Assembly: GCA_002189035.1 (NCBI GenBank)
Contig: NEEC01000011.1
Location: 2,294,001 to 2,358,000, forward strand
DNA: 64,000 bases
Reading direction: 5' to 3'
DNA from: Utricularia gibba
Lineage: Eukaryota > Plantae > Magnoliophyta
Below are positions 1 through 13,165 of this stretch, one piece after another. A program made the translations under genes and the position numbers. Each line of letters begins with the position of its first letter. Position 1 is the first letter of the stretch. The notes beneath the pieces were generated by a model that saw only the letters and a program-made list of their open reading frames with translations, ran no database searches and was not told the DNA's origin.

Positions 1-45
1 TATTCTATCAGCCCTCGGCCGGAAACAAGTCCTCAGCATGTTCAT
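1..45 (-). CDS. 5' end of a clade D protein phosphatase 2C (runs off the window edge)
   Basis: Minus strand from ATG at 45 reads MNMLRTCFRPRADRI, resembling the PP2C-D N-terminus (MNFLRACFRPRSDR-type). Upstream are a spliced 5' leader (donor AAG|GTACTC near 549) and a TATA-like CCTATAAAT at 754-746. Only 15 codons are visible. Confidence 0.55.
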   Translation of the reverse strand, partial: MNMLRTCFRPRADRI

Positions 46-2092
46 CCAAACAACTTTAAAAGCACCCACATCTAGTGACCTCTTGGAAACTTGGTCACTA
101 GTAAAATATGTATGAAAAGCTCAGCAAGCAATCCCAAAAGATGCAGGTGATTGATTATCTGTAAATGGAACCTAGAAGCAGGAACAGGGAAACAGAAGAA
201 AATATGAGGTCAGGTGTCATGGTCTATCATTGAAATGAAATACACACTTGCTCCTGATTCAATGATAGAGAATATATTGACTTATAAAAAACAAAGAGGG
301 TTTGGGTGTGAAACCCATCTTTGACTGAGAAAGCCAACGAATGCGACTGAAAATCAACAAAATCGATGACAAGAATGGTAGTCAAAAGTTCATCATTCCA
401 ACTGTTTGATCATTATCATCATGCCCAGAAGAATCCTAATCAAATTTAGCCAACAAAAAAGGAAATCCAAAGAAACCCATCAAGGAGACACGAATCAATT
501 CGCAGAATCCTGAAAAACGAAGAAAGAGCGAGGCCGAAGAGGAGTACCTTTAGATCTGTGGATCCATAGGAATCAACACCAAGTGGTTAAAGGGGAGAAA
601 AGCAAGCTTTAAAGTGGGGTCTTCTGGTATACTTCTTGGTTGATGGTGGGCACCGGCCGATAAGTGATTCGGTACTGCAAAAGAGAAAAAAGGACAAAAA
701 CCGAAAGGGTGAATACAAGAGCGTCAATTCAGGGAGAGGATAAAGATTTATAGGAGGAATTACTGTTACTATGAAGAAACAGGTGTATGAGATTCCCACA
801 TCTGGAACTTCCAGCAGACAAAATCCATTAAAGCCAACAAGGGAGCGCTTCAGGCCAGCTGAGCAAGGACCAGTACGGGCTCCACTTCCTGTGGGTAAAA
901 ATTCATGAACCGAATCCCAACCAATCCCCAGTACACTCAACCACACAATTATGTAAACCCCGCAGCCAGAGAGAAGGTCGCTTAGATCTTCAAAGCAAGA
1001 ACTTAAAGAACTGGGACAGACCATTATTGACACACCATAACTTCCGGTATAAACTTTGAAGAAATCACAGGGAATGAAGATGGCCATCCAGAATACAAGA
1101 AAATGCCCAAAAAGATCGGATCTTGAGACAACCACCCATCCATTATCTGCACACAATGCCGATCTACAACAAGTACACCGTTTCACAGACGGTCCTTCAC
1201 AACCGCGATCAAAAAGATCAGTGCAAAACGAGTTCATCGCTAACCTCTGTTCCCCCTCCATCCTCAGAACTAGTTCTAACCCCCCATCACACCCATACTA
1301 AATCCATGATCATCCTCTAAATTACTGCGGAAACTTGTCATCAGCAACTAAGCTCGCATTGATGAAGATGGAGTGGCATTATATTACATCCTATTAGAGC
1401 AAATAAAAATATTACTATAAGGCAACAAATCTAATGTAAACATTAGGAATTTAAAACAAAAGTATTCAAAAAAACTTCCATTCAACATCGGAAAATCGCT
1501 CATAATAAAGCATAGATTAAAATCGACAAAATCGTAATTAAATTACCATTGAATCGTTTTTAAATCATGATTAGCCTTCTCTTATGAAACTATTTTGTGG
1601 TTCTAGTGCAATTTCAACCACATTATGGTCCAAAAGTTTGAAATTAATGCCGTAAAATCGAAGAATAATTATATTATAATCTCTAATATAGAACAAGATC
1701 GATCATTTGTATTGTAATCTTTATTTTAGAGCCCGATGTGGGACTCCCAACCGTTCATTTTCTGGATGGTCCATAACCAACCAGTTTGGCCACCGGAAGG
1801 AATACTTAGTAGCTCTTGCATTTCCTGTGCCAAACAAAACTTCAATGGGGCTTTGTAAAAGAACAGTGGCTGTTGGGTGTCAGCAATCTTGCTGATAGAA
1901 ATCCAAGCATTCTAGTTGTTACAGAATGAAATGTAGACTATTCTGGGAGGAAGCTTCAAAGGAACAGGGAGCAGAGTTACCCCAACAGAGGTAACAAGTT
2001 AAAGATAATGGTCTTAGCTTCCTCAAAACTGATAACAAATGCTTTCCCTCACGACTGGGAACAATCAAGTAGTGGAGTCGTCTGGTATGTGG

Positions 2093-3582
2093 TCAGTACA
2101 AACTGATCCCAAGATATTGGCTTATGAGTATGGCAACTCCTAAAGCAATGGCCACCATTGAAGAGGCCCAAGTGAGCTTCTCTGTAATCCTAGGTATCCT
2201 TTCCTTGAGAGCTTGACTACATGATCCAATGAAAACTGTGTAACTGCCCATGGCGACGACGGTTCCGACAAGGAACATTATCAGAAAGGCTGCTCCGGCT
2301 AGGCGGGATGGTAGTGCCAATGCTGGCAAGATCATCATCAAAGCATCTGGCTGAAGTCCATGGACAATACCAGTTGCAAAGGTGGCAAAACCGATCTTCT
2401 TCTCCTTAGCTGGGATGACTAGAGATGGTTCATGTGTTCCAACACCGGTTTCAAAGGATACTGAGACTGCAGATGATTCCACAGCTTCTTTGATTCCCAA
2501 AAGGCCTATCACAAGAAGGGTTAAGCCGACCACGACAGAGCCCCAGGTTCGGATCACCTCGATGTGCAGTCGATCCTTGAGGAGTAGAAACACTAAGCCA
2601 AACAAAACTTGGCCAGCATCGTGGCCACAGCCCCATAAAGCTCCAACTGCAGCGCTTTCTAATCTTGTGCGGCCAATTGAGAGTGGTAGCAATGCAGCCA
2701 GATGGTCAGGGCCCGATAATGTGTGCAAACAGCCAGCAAAGAACCCTGTCCATGCGCTACTCACCAACTTGTTGCTGAGGAAACTTTGCCCAGCTGCAAC
2801 GGCCTCAGCACTTGGCCCTCCCCTCTTGCAGTGGCTGGGAAACCAGCCAAAGATGGTGATGCAATGGCTGCGTGGAGACATGTTATAACAAGTGGCAAAA
2901 GGATAGCTGCTAGCCCATTATTGATCACCTGAAATGAAGGAAAGAAGAACCATCCAATCTTGTTAGCCATCATGATCCAATAATACGAAAAACTAACATC
3001 CTGATCAGTGATGGAATATCACTTACTCCAAGCCCGAATCCTAAAAGCCAAATAATTTATACATCAATCAAACAATACAGATATTTGGATCTCTCCTCAT
3101 CAATCAAACATAGATTACACCTTTCCCTTATCGATCAGGGATGATTTTGTGCAAAATTGGTCACTTATTACACATCAAATGTTTAAAAGGAAAAGAAAAA
3201 ACAACAAGCGATTCTCGTGAAGGCTAAAACTGCAGACAATAAACGCAATTCAACACAAAATTCTCAAAATCGCTACCTTCTTCACCACACACCAATTCCG
3301 TGCGACCCAGTCCACAAGCTGCAGCTTTGGATCCGACCCATCACCCGTATATGCCGAAGCAAGAGGCAATCCCTGCAGCGCTCCCCGGGGAAGGAAAGAA
3401 GGATCAATGGGAGAGCGTCTCCGTGCAAGGAGCGGAAACGACCTCGCTTGAGAATATGGAGAGCAGGAAGAAGAGGAGAAAATCTCGACGCCGCAAGAGA
3501 ACTCCAGTGGAGGCAGGCGCGTCGAATACCGACCAAGTTTTCCGGGGATTGGCTTGGAGCTGGAATAGACGAGCCTCTCCAT
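2093..3582 (-). CDS. CGF1/CGF2: Chloroplast NiCoT/HupE-UreJ-like membrane protein (CGF family), two exons, with a 1-nt frameshift in this sequence
   Basis: Exon 1 3582-3277 (MERLVYSSS..., transit-peptide-like) and exon 2 2928-2093. Motifs SAWTGFFAGCLHTLSGPDHLAAL, ALWGCGHDAGQV, GIVHGLQPDAL and a ...GISLY end. The frame breaks near 2820-2823. Confidence 0.9.
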
Positions 3583-4182
3583 CTCCTCGACGCGAAACCG
3601 GATCCATTATCTTTTTATTTATTAAAATAAATAAAATATACCTAAGTCTCTAATTTAATATTATTCAATAATTTAAGCCCAGATCTGCGCTCATCTTTCA
3701 ATGTCATGACTTTCACATCAGAATTGATTTTTTAAATATTATTTCATTTAATTCTTAAATATATAGTTTACAATAAATTATTTTTTATAATTTTATATTT
3801 AGAATATATTTGATAGATAAATTTAGATATATTATATTTCATCATGAAGAAATGTTTGGATGGATGTTTTAAATAACTGATTTTAGATTTATTTTAAAAT
3901 TAATTAGGAATAAGTATGAATTAAAAATAAATATGTTATTTAATATAAATTATATTATTTACTCAATTTTCGATAAATTTATATATAGGATTTTAATTTA
4001 TCTTAAATTAAAAATTAAAAGAGTTGAGCCAATTTTAAGTGCGAGCCAGTATCCAATGGAATGGGCCGACAAAAGCCCAATTTTCTGGTTCTGTTTGCCA
4101 TGTGCTGCAAGAAATCGCCGGAGGTTTGTAGCCCTAGAGAACTGAGAATTCAGTGGAGAAGCAGTTCTCTTGTCCCTGCGGA

Positions 4183-4587
4183 ATGGCCGGAAGAATGAAG
4201 GAATTGGTGAAGAAGTACGGGAGAGTAGGACTTGGGGTACATTTATCCGTCTCCGCTGCGTCGATCGCCAGCCTCTACTTGGCTATTAAAAACAACGTCG
4301 ATGTGGAATCGATGCTGGAAAGAGTGGGATTGCCGAGTCTTTCCAAGGATAAGAATGATGAATCCTCTAATCCGGCGCCGATCGGGGACCTGGAAAATAT
4401 TCCGACGACGGTGAATGCCCAGCGGAACAGAACAGCCGAGATGGTGGCGTCCAGCGGCGGCGCCTTGGCTCTAGCCGTATTGATAAACAAGGCGCTTTTC
4501 CCGGTTAGAGTTCCGATCACGTTGGCTGTCACGCCACCGCTAGCGCGTTTTCTGGCTCGGCGCAACCTCATCAAGAAAAGTTTATGA
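4183..4587 (+). CDS. DUF1279 / FAM210-like small protein, single exon
   Basis: MAGRMKELVKKYGRVGLGVHLSVS... and ALALAVLINKALFPVRVPITLAVTPPLARFL match the recalled DUF1279 pattern. First ATG is at 4183. Confidence 0.8.
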   Translation: MAGRMKELVKKYGRVGLGVHLSVSAASIASLYLAIKNNVDVESMLERVGLPSLSKDKNDESSNPAPIGDLENIPTTVNAQRNRTAEMVASSGGALALAVLINKALFPVRVPITLAVTPPLARFLARRNLIKKSL

Positions 4588-5849
4588 TGTCTGTTACAAG
4601 CGTCTACCTTTTGATCTAGGGAATCCATTTCTCAGTCATTCGCGATATCTTGTTCTTTACAATGAATCCTCTCTTTGATTTTCTGAAATGTTGTAGTGGA
4701 GACTGGAAACATCCTTACTGGATCCAATACAATTGAAAGGTTTGAGTATCCTTCACCAAGCTTTTCTCTCCAGTTTCATGTATGCTGCGAATTGTTTGGA
4801 ACTAGCTAGCTATCCAGAAACAGATGCAATTTTAAGTCGAATGGAACAAGCTTATGTCGTGACTGATTTTAGGATAACCCATTGCCTTGTCTGTACTTGA
4901 TGAGCAAGGAGAAAGCTGGCCCTTGCTCTCACAATATGCTGCAGGTTCTCTTCTTCCCCTGTAATCTGTATCTTGTTTTTCGCCTTCTATTTCAGTCGCT
5001 GAAGAATGACGTTGATCGCTGAATCAAACAAAGCCTTCACAACCTGCCATGTTTGCACAACTCAACTGCAGTGTCCACGCAACTTGATGAGAGGAGGAAC
5101 ACATTCTTTCAGCAACATAGTTTCGAGACAACAAATACATCGAAGCAAAATGCTTGCCATCTAGATCAGAGCTGCCATCGTCATTTACACAATGATGGTA
5201 AAAACAACTCAAGAGCTTCCAAAGCTCATGACCCTTGTGTTGTTTAATCGGCAAGTTTGTTTTTTTGTTCTGCTTTTTTAGGGGTCGGACAGGGTCAAGA
5301 GATCAATCCGTTGGTCACAAACCACTCAAGCTATTGCTTGGAGGCCTCAAAGATCATGTATCCTTGCTATCTCATCGTCTTTCTAAAAATGTGTTATGTT
5401 AGTTGCTTAGAAGCGAAAGCATGCGAGAATGGGTAAAATTTGGTGCAAGATATGAGTGTTTCATATGCACAGGGAAGGCACCAATGGTCATAAGATGTAC
5501 ACATAACGACTAAAAGCTCTTTTTATTTACAACCAGGGGCTCCACAGATGACAGAAATCTTCCCCCGACTACAGAAATGGGAGTGCATTGTTATCCTAAC
5601 TCTTATTAATCTTATTCCAGTCATTGCATGATTACCCAATGCTTGAGAATCCAAAGCACAGGTGACCAGCACCCGTGTTTGGGAATATGGTAAGCAAAAA
5701 CAGTGAAGGCGGGTGCAACATGGATGCAAGTGACTGACCTAAACTGTTGTGGGTGATCAGGCAGCGGAGTTGGAGTCTCCTTATTATCAATCAACCCTCA
5801 TCTTGTACTCAGGCATTCCAAAAACCTGTTGCAGCAGACGGGGGGTGTT

Positions 5850-8800
5850 TCATGATAAATCAAAAGAACCTTGTCCTTCGTAGATGGCATAGAGCAGCTT
5901 CTTGTACATGATTTCCTGGAGGAGTAATAGGATTCAGTATAGTGCAAAGAAGGGCATCATGTCCTGGACTCAAAGGAGATCGCTGGCTGATACCTTCGTT
6001 GAGTATGGAGGGAGCTTTAAGTAATTTGCGCAAGTCATTACACTAGGTAAGTCATCGTCAGCAGACTCGGATGCAGCAGAACCATGGTTTCCCGTGCTTC
6101 CCGAGTTGGAAGAATGCTGTTGTGAAAGGCTGATGGAATTATTGTGCACGAGAATGGGCAAGAGAATTGAGTATACGGTATGATGCAAGCAAACACACAC
6201 CTTCCTAACAATAGTCAGCTTGGGATTCAGCATAGCCAGGCCACCCGGTGGAAGCCGAGGAGCTCCGGTAACAAACTGGCAGAATGCTCGTTGCTGCTCC
6301 AGTGTAAACTCTCCCATTATTTCCAGAAGCTGAATGCACATTATGACAGAGACGCATCAGTCCCCTTGTTCAAGGACAATGCGCATCAAAGTGTAACGGA
6401 AAGATGACTTACATTGATAATAGCAGGACTTTTTGAAGTGAAACCATGATCAAACTTTATGAGATCAGCAAGCATATCAGCCTGTGTAATTCGGAGTGAT
6501 CAAACTTTATATGATCAGAAAAACAAAATTGAGGATTTAATTTTTGACAAGACAAAAAATGACATAATTCATTTAATTACCTTCCAGAGCTCTCTTTGGC
6601 CACAAAGCAGGTAGTCCAACTCATTTGGGGAAAATATTTGCAGACTCGAAATATCAAAGACCTAGGATTACTTATTTTTATTATTTACTTCCTAACAGAT
6701 TAGCAGAAAGCAATGAAGGGAAATTTAAGGACATGAATAAAATAAGCCTCAAACCTGATTAAAACCAGATCTAAGTGCCTCCACTTGCCGCATAATACCC
6801 ACCCCTACTGTCGCATCAACGACACGTGAAACATAATCTCCCAGAGTATTCAGATCAACCTGCAAACATGATCAAACTGAAAACGTCAGTAACAGCCTTT
6901 CACCATGATATGAAAATGAAAAGCATTGGTTACATTTTCACTATCTGGTTTCAAAATATAATCAGGGTAGCCTGGAAGAGAGAAATCTAAATAAAGGTCT
7001 TCAACTGGGGTTCCACGAAAGAGCAGCTCTTCTGGATTGCAACCTCCACATGAATCCAGATATTCTTTCCGATGCACAAGTGCCTGCATTTCTTGCAAGG
7101 TGGTCCACAGTTCCAGGTCAAAAGAAGCTATATCTTGCAAATCCAGCTCCTGCCAATTCTCCAGTCAAGATGTACAGAATAGCTATAGCATATCTGTTTT
7201 TGTCAAACTAGTAGCTAGAGTACTTACTTGACCAAGGATCAACTTAAAAAAGGCAGTAGACAACGGGAGGTCCAGGAGCCGACCATCTTGCAGGGCTTTA
7301 GCCATTACACGACCCAACAGACGGTTATATTCAAGAACCTTTGAAAATTTACTTCCATCAGAAGTATCAGCATTTGGAGGCCATGGACGAGGAAACAAAC
7401 CCAGAGGTGCATGAATGAAATCTTGATCTGTCCCAGCTGAAAGAGTTCCCAAATGTTGCCCATCTACATCAACTTCAATGGAAGATGTAACTGTTGGTGA
7501 GCTCAATCTCCACATGCATAATCCAGCTTTCTGAAGCTCGTGACTTAAAAGAGTGTAAAACTCGAGAGTTGGTCCAAGTCCTGTACCAACCTCACCAAAA
7601 TACTCAACTTCAAGCACAAATTTTTCAGTATAGTACATCTCCATAACTTTCATTGCAGATTCTAATATACGATTCCTGGAGACACGAACTTTCTGACGCA
7701 ATGCTCTCCCACTTCTAAAATGTCTATCGCTGATGTATCCATGCCCACCAGCAGGATGCTGCTGGTGAAGACGATTCAAAGCACCAGGGAACCTAAAGGC
7801 GGTGGAATAGAAATATTGGCGACGGATTTCAAAAGGAAATAAGAAAGGGCAGGATTTAGTCAACTGGTAGCACCAGGATGGGAGAGAGCCACTGCATACT
7901 GCAAGAGGATCTTGTATTTGCCGAGCCAATTTTGGAGTAAGTTTCCAATTAATGAAATCTCCCGAGGGAACTCTAACACCAGGTAAACTAAGATTATCTA
8001 GCTTTAGAACTTTCCCCTTGGCAAAACTATCAACCTTTTGCAGCACCCGCAATCGTGGTGCAAGCTGATTTAACCCCTCTAATGCACGTAATAGTGCTAG
8101 AATGTTGTATATGGGATTGCTTCTCTCCATATCACAGGGAAGTTCACCCAGCAAAATACTATCCAGAACTGTGATATGACGCCCTGGTTTATCAGAGGCA
8201 GAAGTTTTTGGTGTTTTTGAAGAGTTGGTCGAGCTTAAAGCACCAAGTGATGAGCGCTCAGCCTGACCATCCACTCTTTTGTATGTTATTGTGTGAATAT
8301 CACTCCACAGCCTGATTCCATCACCCGACAAAATATCACTTCCCATAGATCTATCATCGTCATCCTCATCGAAAGCAAGCTGGCGTTGAATTGCCTGATA
8401 AATAGTGAGGTGTCTATTAAGAGGTCTGCCTCCTGCAGTAAATACGAGTCTCGGAGAATCATTGGCAGATAAGGGGCGTCCCTGATGGTCACTGCTACCT
8501 CTTCCACCTCTATTATTGCTAGATGAAAGACCAGCCATGGCCGTAGCAGCAAAGGAAGTTGCACCCCTCGAGCCAAATGGACTGCCACCTTGAAACTCAG
8601 TAGAAGCTCTGGTGCTAGAACTACGCGTTGGGATACTCTGCCCATTTGCTGAGGCAACTGCAGAATCGTCGTCTACAGGGTCCCCAAACTTAACATCATG
8701 AACAATGTCTCCCATATAAATGGGACGTGGATAATCACCCAAAACCTGATAAGAAAGAAAATGATAATCAGGTCAATCAAGGTTAGTGACAACAAAATCA

Positions 8801-11800
8801 TCAAAAGAGTAAAAGGAAATCCTGAATCTCCATATTAAGTTGTTGGACGAGATGTTCCACAGAAAGAATTTTGACGTACAACATCAGCATCATCTTCATC
8901 ATGCTCTTCTGCATCCTCATCAACTTCATCATCATCATCCTCATCCTCATCCTCATCCTCATCATCATCTGAGATGTCCTCATCTTCTTCAATAACTAAA
9001 GCTTCATCAATTTCCACTGGTGACATATCCAATTCATCACCCTGGGATATGCATAATAATTACATTCAAACACATCAGGCCACAAAAAAGATTCCTATTC
9101 CAGCCTGTAGTTTTTTATTCCTTTTCTCAAAAAAGAAGGCTCAGCTGCCTAAAGGAATAGGAATACTGATGCATCATCACAGAGTAATGCACTGTAGTGA
9201 GTACAACACGTACCTCAGAAGGGGTATCCCCTTCTTCTGCCTTCACATCATTCTCTTTGTCCAAAGCAGCTCTTCTTCGTGCGGTATTTCTGGTTTGAGG
9301 ACCCCTCAGCTCTTCTTGAGTGGGCTTCATCAATGCTTTTCCCTTGCCTTTTGAAGAGCTTAAATTTTCTTCAATTTCTGGAGTTTTTATGCTTGCATCA
9401 TCTACATGAATAGATGATCTTAATCGTGCTGAGTGGTGCCGAGTAGCACAAACAGCTGTTGAGGCTGATGGTGAAGCGGGAGTGGCCACAGGATCAGAAT
9501 TCCCAGCAGAGCCTGAAGACTTTTGACTAGAATCACTCCGTTGAACCCTTGGCCAGAGAAAGTCTTCAACAGCTGCTAAGCTAGCTAATGGATCAATCAG
9601 GATAATGTTCGAAGAGTAGTCACGAAGGGATTTTTCACCCTGAGCTCGGCAAAGACGCAACTTTACAGGTCGAGTGACACCACTCAGACCAGAAGACAGG
9701 CCAGAATTCCCTCCAGATCGAGAGACATGATTCAAAAGCACTGGAAACCGCTCCAGAGAAGACAAAGCACTCTGAAGTTTCTGCACCAAAATGCTCATGG
9801 GTACATTTGCATTTTGCTCATCGACACTGGAGGGAAGTGCAATAGAAATAAAATATTGATATCTTCTGATTGCTTGCTGTCTGAGCTTTGGTAGATTGGC
9901 ATCAGATATTTTTTCTTTAGTGAATAAACCAAAAGTTAAGTAGTTGAGCAATGCATCAATGACATCACTACCAATGAACTCGAAAGTTGACACCCCTTCA
10001 CCTTTGCTGAGCTCTCTCAAAATTTCACATATGACCTCAATCAAGTTCTCCTCTTTACCAAAAGAAACATCAGAATGCTTGGCGCCAAAAGCTTTCGATT
10101 TTCCCTTCGACTTGGACTTTGGCTCATCAGTACCAAAAATCAGCTTATCAGAGAGATTCTTTAACTGGACTAAATCATTTGAAGTGACAGAGTAATCGGC
10201 CTTTGGATCAGAAGGAAAGTATTTCTCTTTAAAGGCTTGTGCAGATGCACTAACTGTAGCACGAAGACCAGCACTGGAGGGAAGAACTTCAAAAGGGTTG
10301 GATTGTGTATCAAGATTTAGCTTTGGATTTTTAGAATTGTCAGCTGAACCAACATCAATATTACCAGTGGTGACTCTGCGCCGACTTCTTCGGGTACGGG
10401 GTGATGATCCAACAATAGAATCATTATACTTATCAGCACCAGATGGCTGAGAGGTGCCAAGTGATCCAGACTTGATCAATGCATCAACTGCATGAACAAC
10501 ACCTTCCCTTACAAACATCTTTGAAAAGGTATCTGGCAGCTTTTCCAACAAAATCTCAGATATCTGAAGAGTAGGCACTAGAACTTGAGGGTCTTTCCAA
10601 GCTAAAACTCCAGCTAAGAAACTAAAGAAAAAGTGCACATTCGTTACAACAGGAAGACAAATCCAATGTATGCGACAAACATAGAAATGGAAAACAAGCA
10701 TGTACCTCGAGATGTTTGTTTCATTTATTAGAGACTTTATCATCTCTGGAGGGCTGAAGTACATAAGCTTTCCAATAACAGAAAGGCACTTGTAACGGAC
10801 AGGACCAGTAACACTGGAACCATAAATCTGCCCACACAGCATAAAAACATGAGTCATTATTTATCACAACATATATCAGAGAAAATGGCAACTCACCTGA
10901 ACCATAACAGGGAGTAGATCCACTCCAAATTGCTGAAGAAGTTCAGGTTGATCAGTTAACATTTTCACACGTGTTGAAGCCTCTTGTGGATTGGCAGTGA
11001 AACCTTCCTGTTTGTCTGATCTACCTGCGTGGCTTTTCCTAACAGAAGAACCTCTAATTTGAAAGAGACTGCATACTGGAAGAGTTACTGTTCCCAACGG
11101 AAGTGGTGGAAGCAGCTCATTTGCCAAGTTGACAATCTCAAAAATCTAAGAACAGAGAGACATGGATTTCCCAGCTCAAGTATGAAATCTAATTCAAATA
11201 AGGACAACCACAACTAAATGTACTCTTCAGATTAGAATGTCTACCGATACCTGCTCTGGTGGCCTACTCAAAGCAGGTGAGAAGGACATGCTTGACATTA
11301 CGTCAGAACCTGACAAAATGTCCTTAAGAATACCACTGATGCCAAGGAGGAGCAATGACTTTGCTCCTAAAGGAGAGCCACGGGCACAAATTGAAAGGAG
11401 TTGAATTAATCCCTGATTGCAGCCATTAAACAAAGCAAGCGTTAGAAGAGGAAACTAAAAAGTACTAGAAACTTATATTCCCTACCGTATATGTAGATGT
11501 GCTAAGTAAAGATTGACTACCACCAGAAGCTTTCGAGGAAATCAAAGTTGCTGCTTGAGTCACTAGACCATGGTTGCACAGTTTATCCAGTTTTTCAGGT
11601 GAGGAAGAAAAAACCTCAGCAATTCGAGTCAAGCAAATGGATGCAGATTCTAAAACCTGAAAAACAAGAGTGAATACATAGCTCATAATTTGTAAGTGGC
11701 ACAAAAAAGAGTTGAATAAATATCATCATCATCACTCTGATAAAGTAACACACCATTGCATCGTGATACTGAAGCAGGTTTGTCAGCAACGGAACTGCCT

Positions 11801-13165
11801 CCATAACAAAATCAGCAGCATTAGATGGAAGCTTCTTGCACATGATGGCAGCAGTTGCTAAAGCCACTCTCTATCAAAGAGTTCAAGTTATAATTTTTTG
11901 AAGATATCGGGGAAAGAATTTCTAGCAATTAGTGAAGTTGACTACTACATGGATAACATCAACCATGCACTACGAAAGAAAATATACTTACTTGGACTCC
12001 GGTGGAGAAGAAGTCAAGGTAAGACAGCACAGCCATGAGTGCACCTGCCTGGAGGCATGCAGTCGGGTGTTCCTGGGATATCTTATTCAAAGCTAGCAGT
12101 GACTGTAGAACACGATAAAATCACCACCACCACAGATTAGCGTAACAGTGATGAAATTTCTACACCTAATGAATAGATAGATACTACGCATAACAAAAAA
12201 AAAAAAAAAATAGCAAAGACAAGAGGGAAAAAATCAGAAAACTTCAAAACAACAGAACGTCAAGATTCCTTTTTTGCACCAAAAAGAGTATTGTCGCAAG
12301 GTTAAAGTGTTAAGTTCACCTGTTCAGCTAAGTCCATGTACTCAATAGTGAGCAGCCTAGCAACAAAGCAAGATACGGCACCATAGTGCACTACTGCAGA
12401 ACAGGATGAGGGCAATACGTCAACCAAATGTGTCAGCGCTCTCGCAGCCAAAAGCATGATGTCTGGATTGCTCTCATGGTTTAGCAATCCCACCAAGACC
12501 GGAACAAAAGAATCCACCGAGAAAGTACTTAAGGACTCCTCTGTACCAATTGAGAGAATTTCACAGAGCTGCAGTAAGGCCTCCACTTGTCTCCCTTCCT
12601 CTCCATCAGCTCTCAAACCTGACAAAACCTTTTTTAATCTCCCATTTTGATGAGAAGAGGAAGCGGAACCAGTTGCCGTGCTCGGGAGCAAATCATCCAA
12701 TCCAGCACCCAACTTTCTCAGCAAACCCTGAAGAGCACTACTAGCGGAAGTCAAGTTCTGGTGAAAAATCCCACCCCCTCCCTCGCTGTCATTATCATCT
12801 TCCCCTCCATCATGCGATTCAATATTCAGAGCCGAGCTCCTTTCCGTTTCCATATGCCTAATTTCAGGCTCTTTCTCTTTTCCCTTCTCAGAATTTACAT
12901 TATCCTTTTCAAACTTCAGTTTTATACCAGAGTTTTTCCCACGGCGCCCCCTAGGGGTCGAGCCAGAAGCGCTTAAAGGTTCCGAATTCGGGTCCATCGA
13001 AGCAGATTGAGCTGTGGCAGCACGCGTCCGAGTTCGCGTCGCGATGGCGGAAGCGTTTTCTAGGGCGGTTGAAGAGACACGAGAACGCTTGTTGGAACGA
13101 GTGATTGACCCTGAGATCGGTGATGAGGTTGATGCCTCGGCCCGCTTCCGGCTCCGAGTTTCCAT
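5850..13165 (-). CDS. UPL3: HECT E3 ubiquitin ligase UPL3/KAKTUS (ARM-like N-terminus plus HECT), multi-exon
   Basis: Starts [11 protein letters not shown]. Contains [25 protein letters not shown], an acidic tract, [32 protein letters not shown] and catalytic [17 protein letters not shown]. Ends EGQGSFDLS* at 5850. The exons I traced join in frame with GT-AG. Confidence 0.96.
8880..8970 (-). repeat. GAT/GAG-rich coding microsatellite (Asp/Glu tract in UPL3)
   Basis: + strand tcatcctcatcctcatcctcatcatcatc encodes [15 protein letters not shown] on the minus strand. Confidence 0.8.

Noticed and set aside
794-802. Partial USE-like words (also 46736-46745)
   Set aside because: Imperfect matches with no correctly spaced TATA; the second overlaps a CBP60 splice donor.
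2382-2888. Long antisense or alternate-frame ORFs (also 13014-13439, 33453-34031, 48026-48553, 58429-58842)
   Set aside because: Shadow ORFs of real GC-richer coding exons, with no independent motifs.
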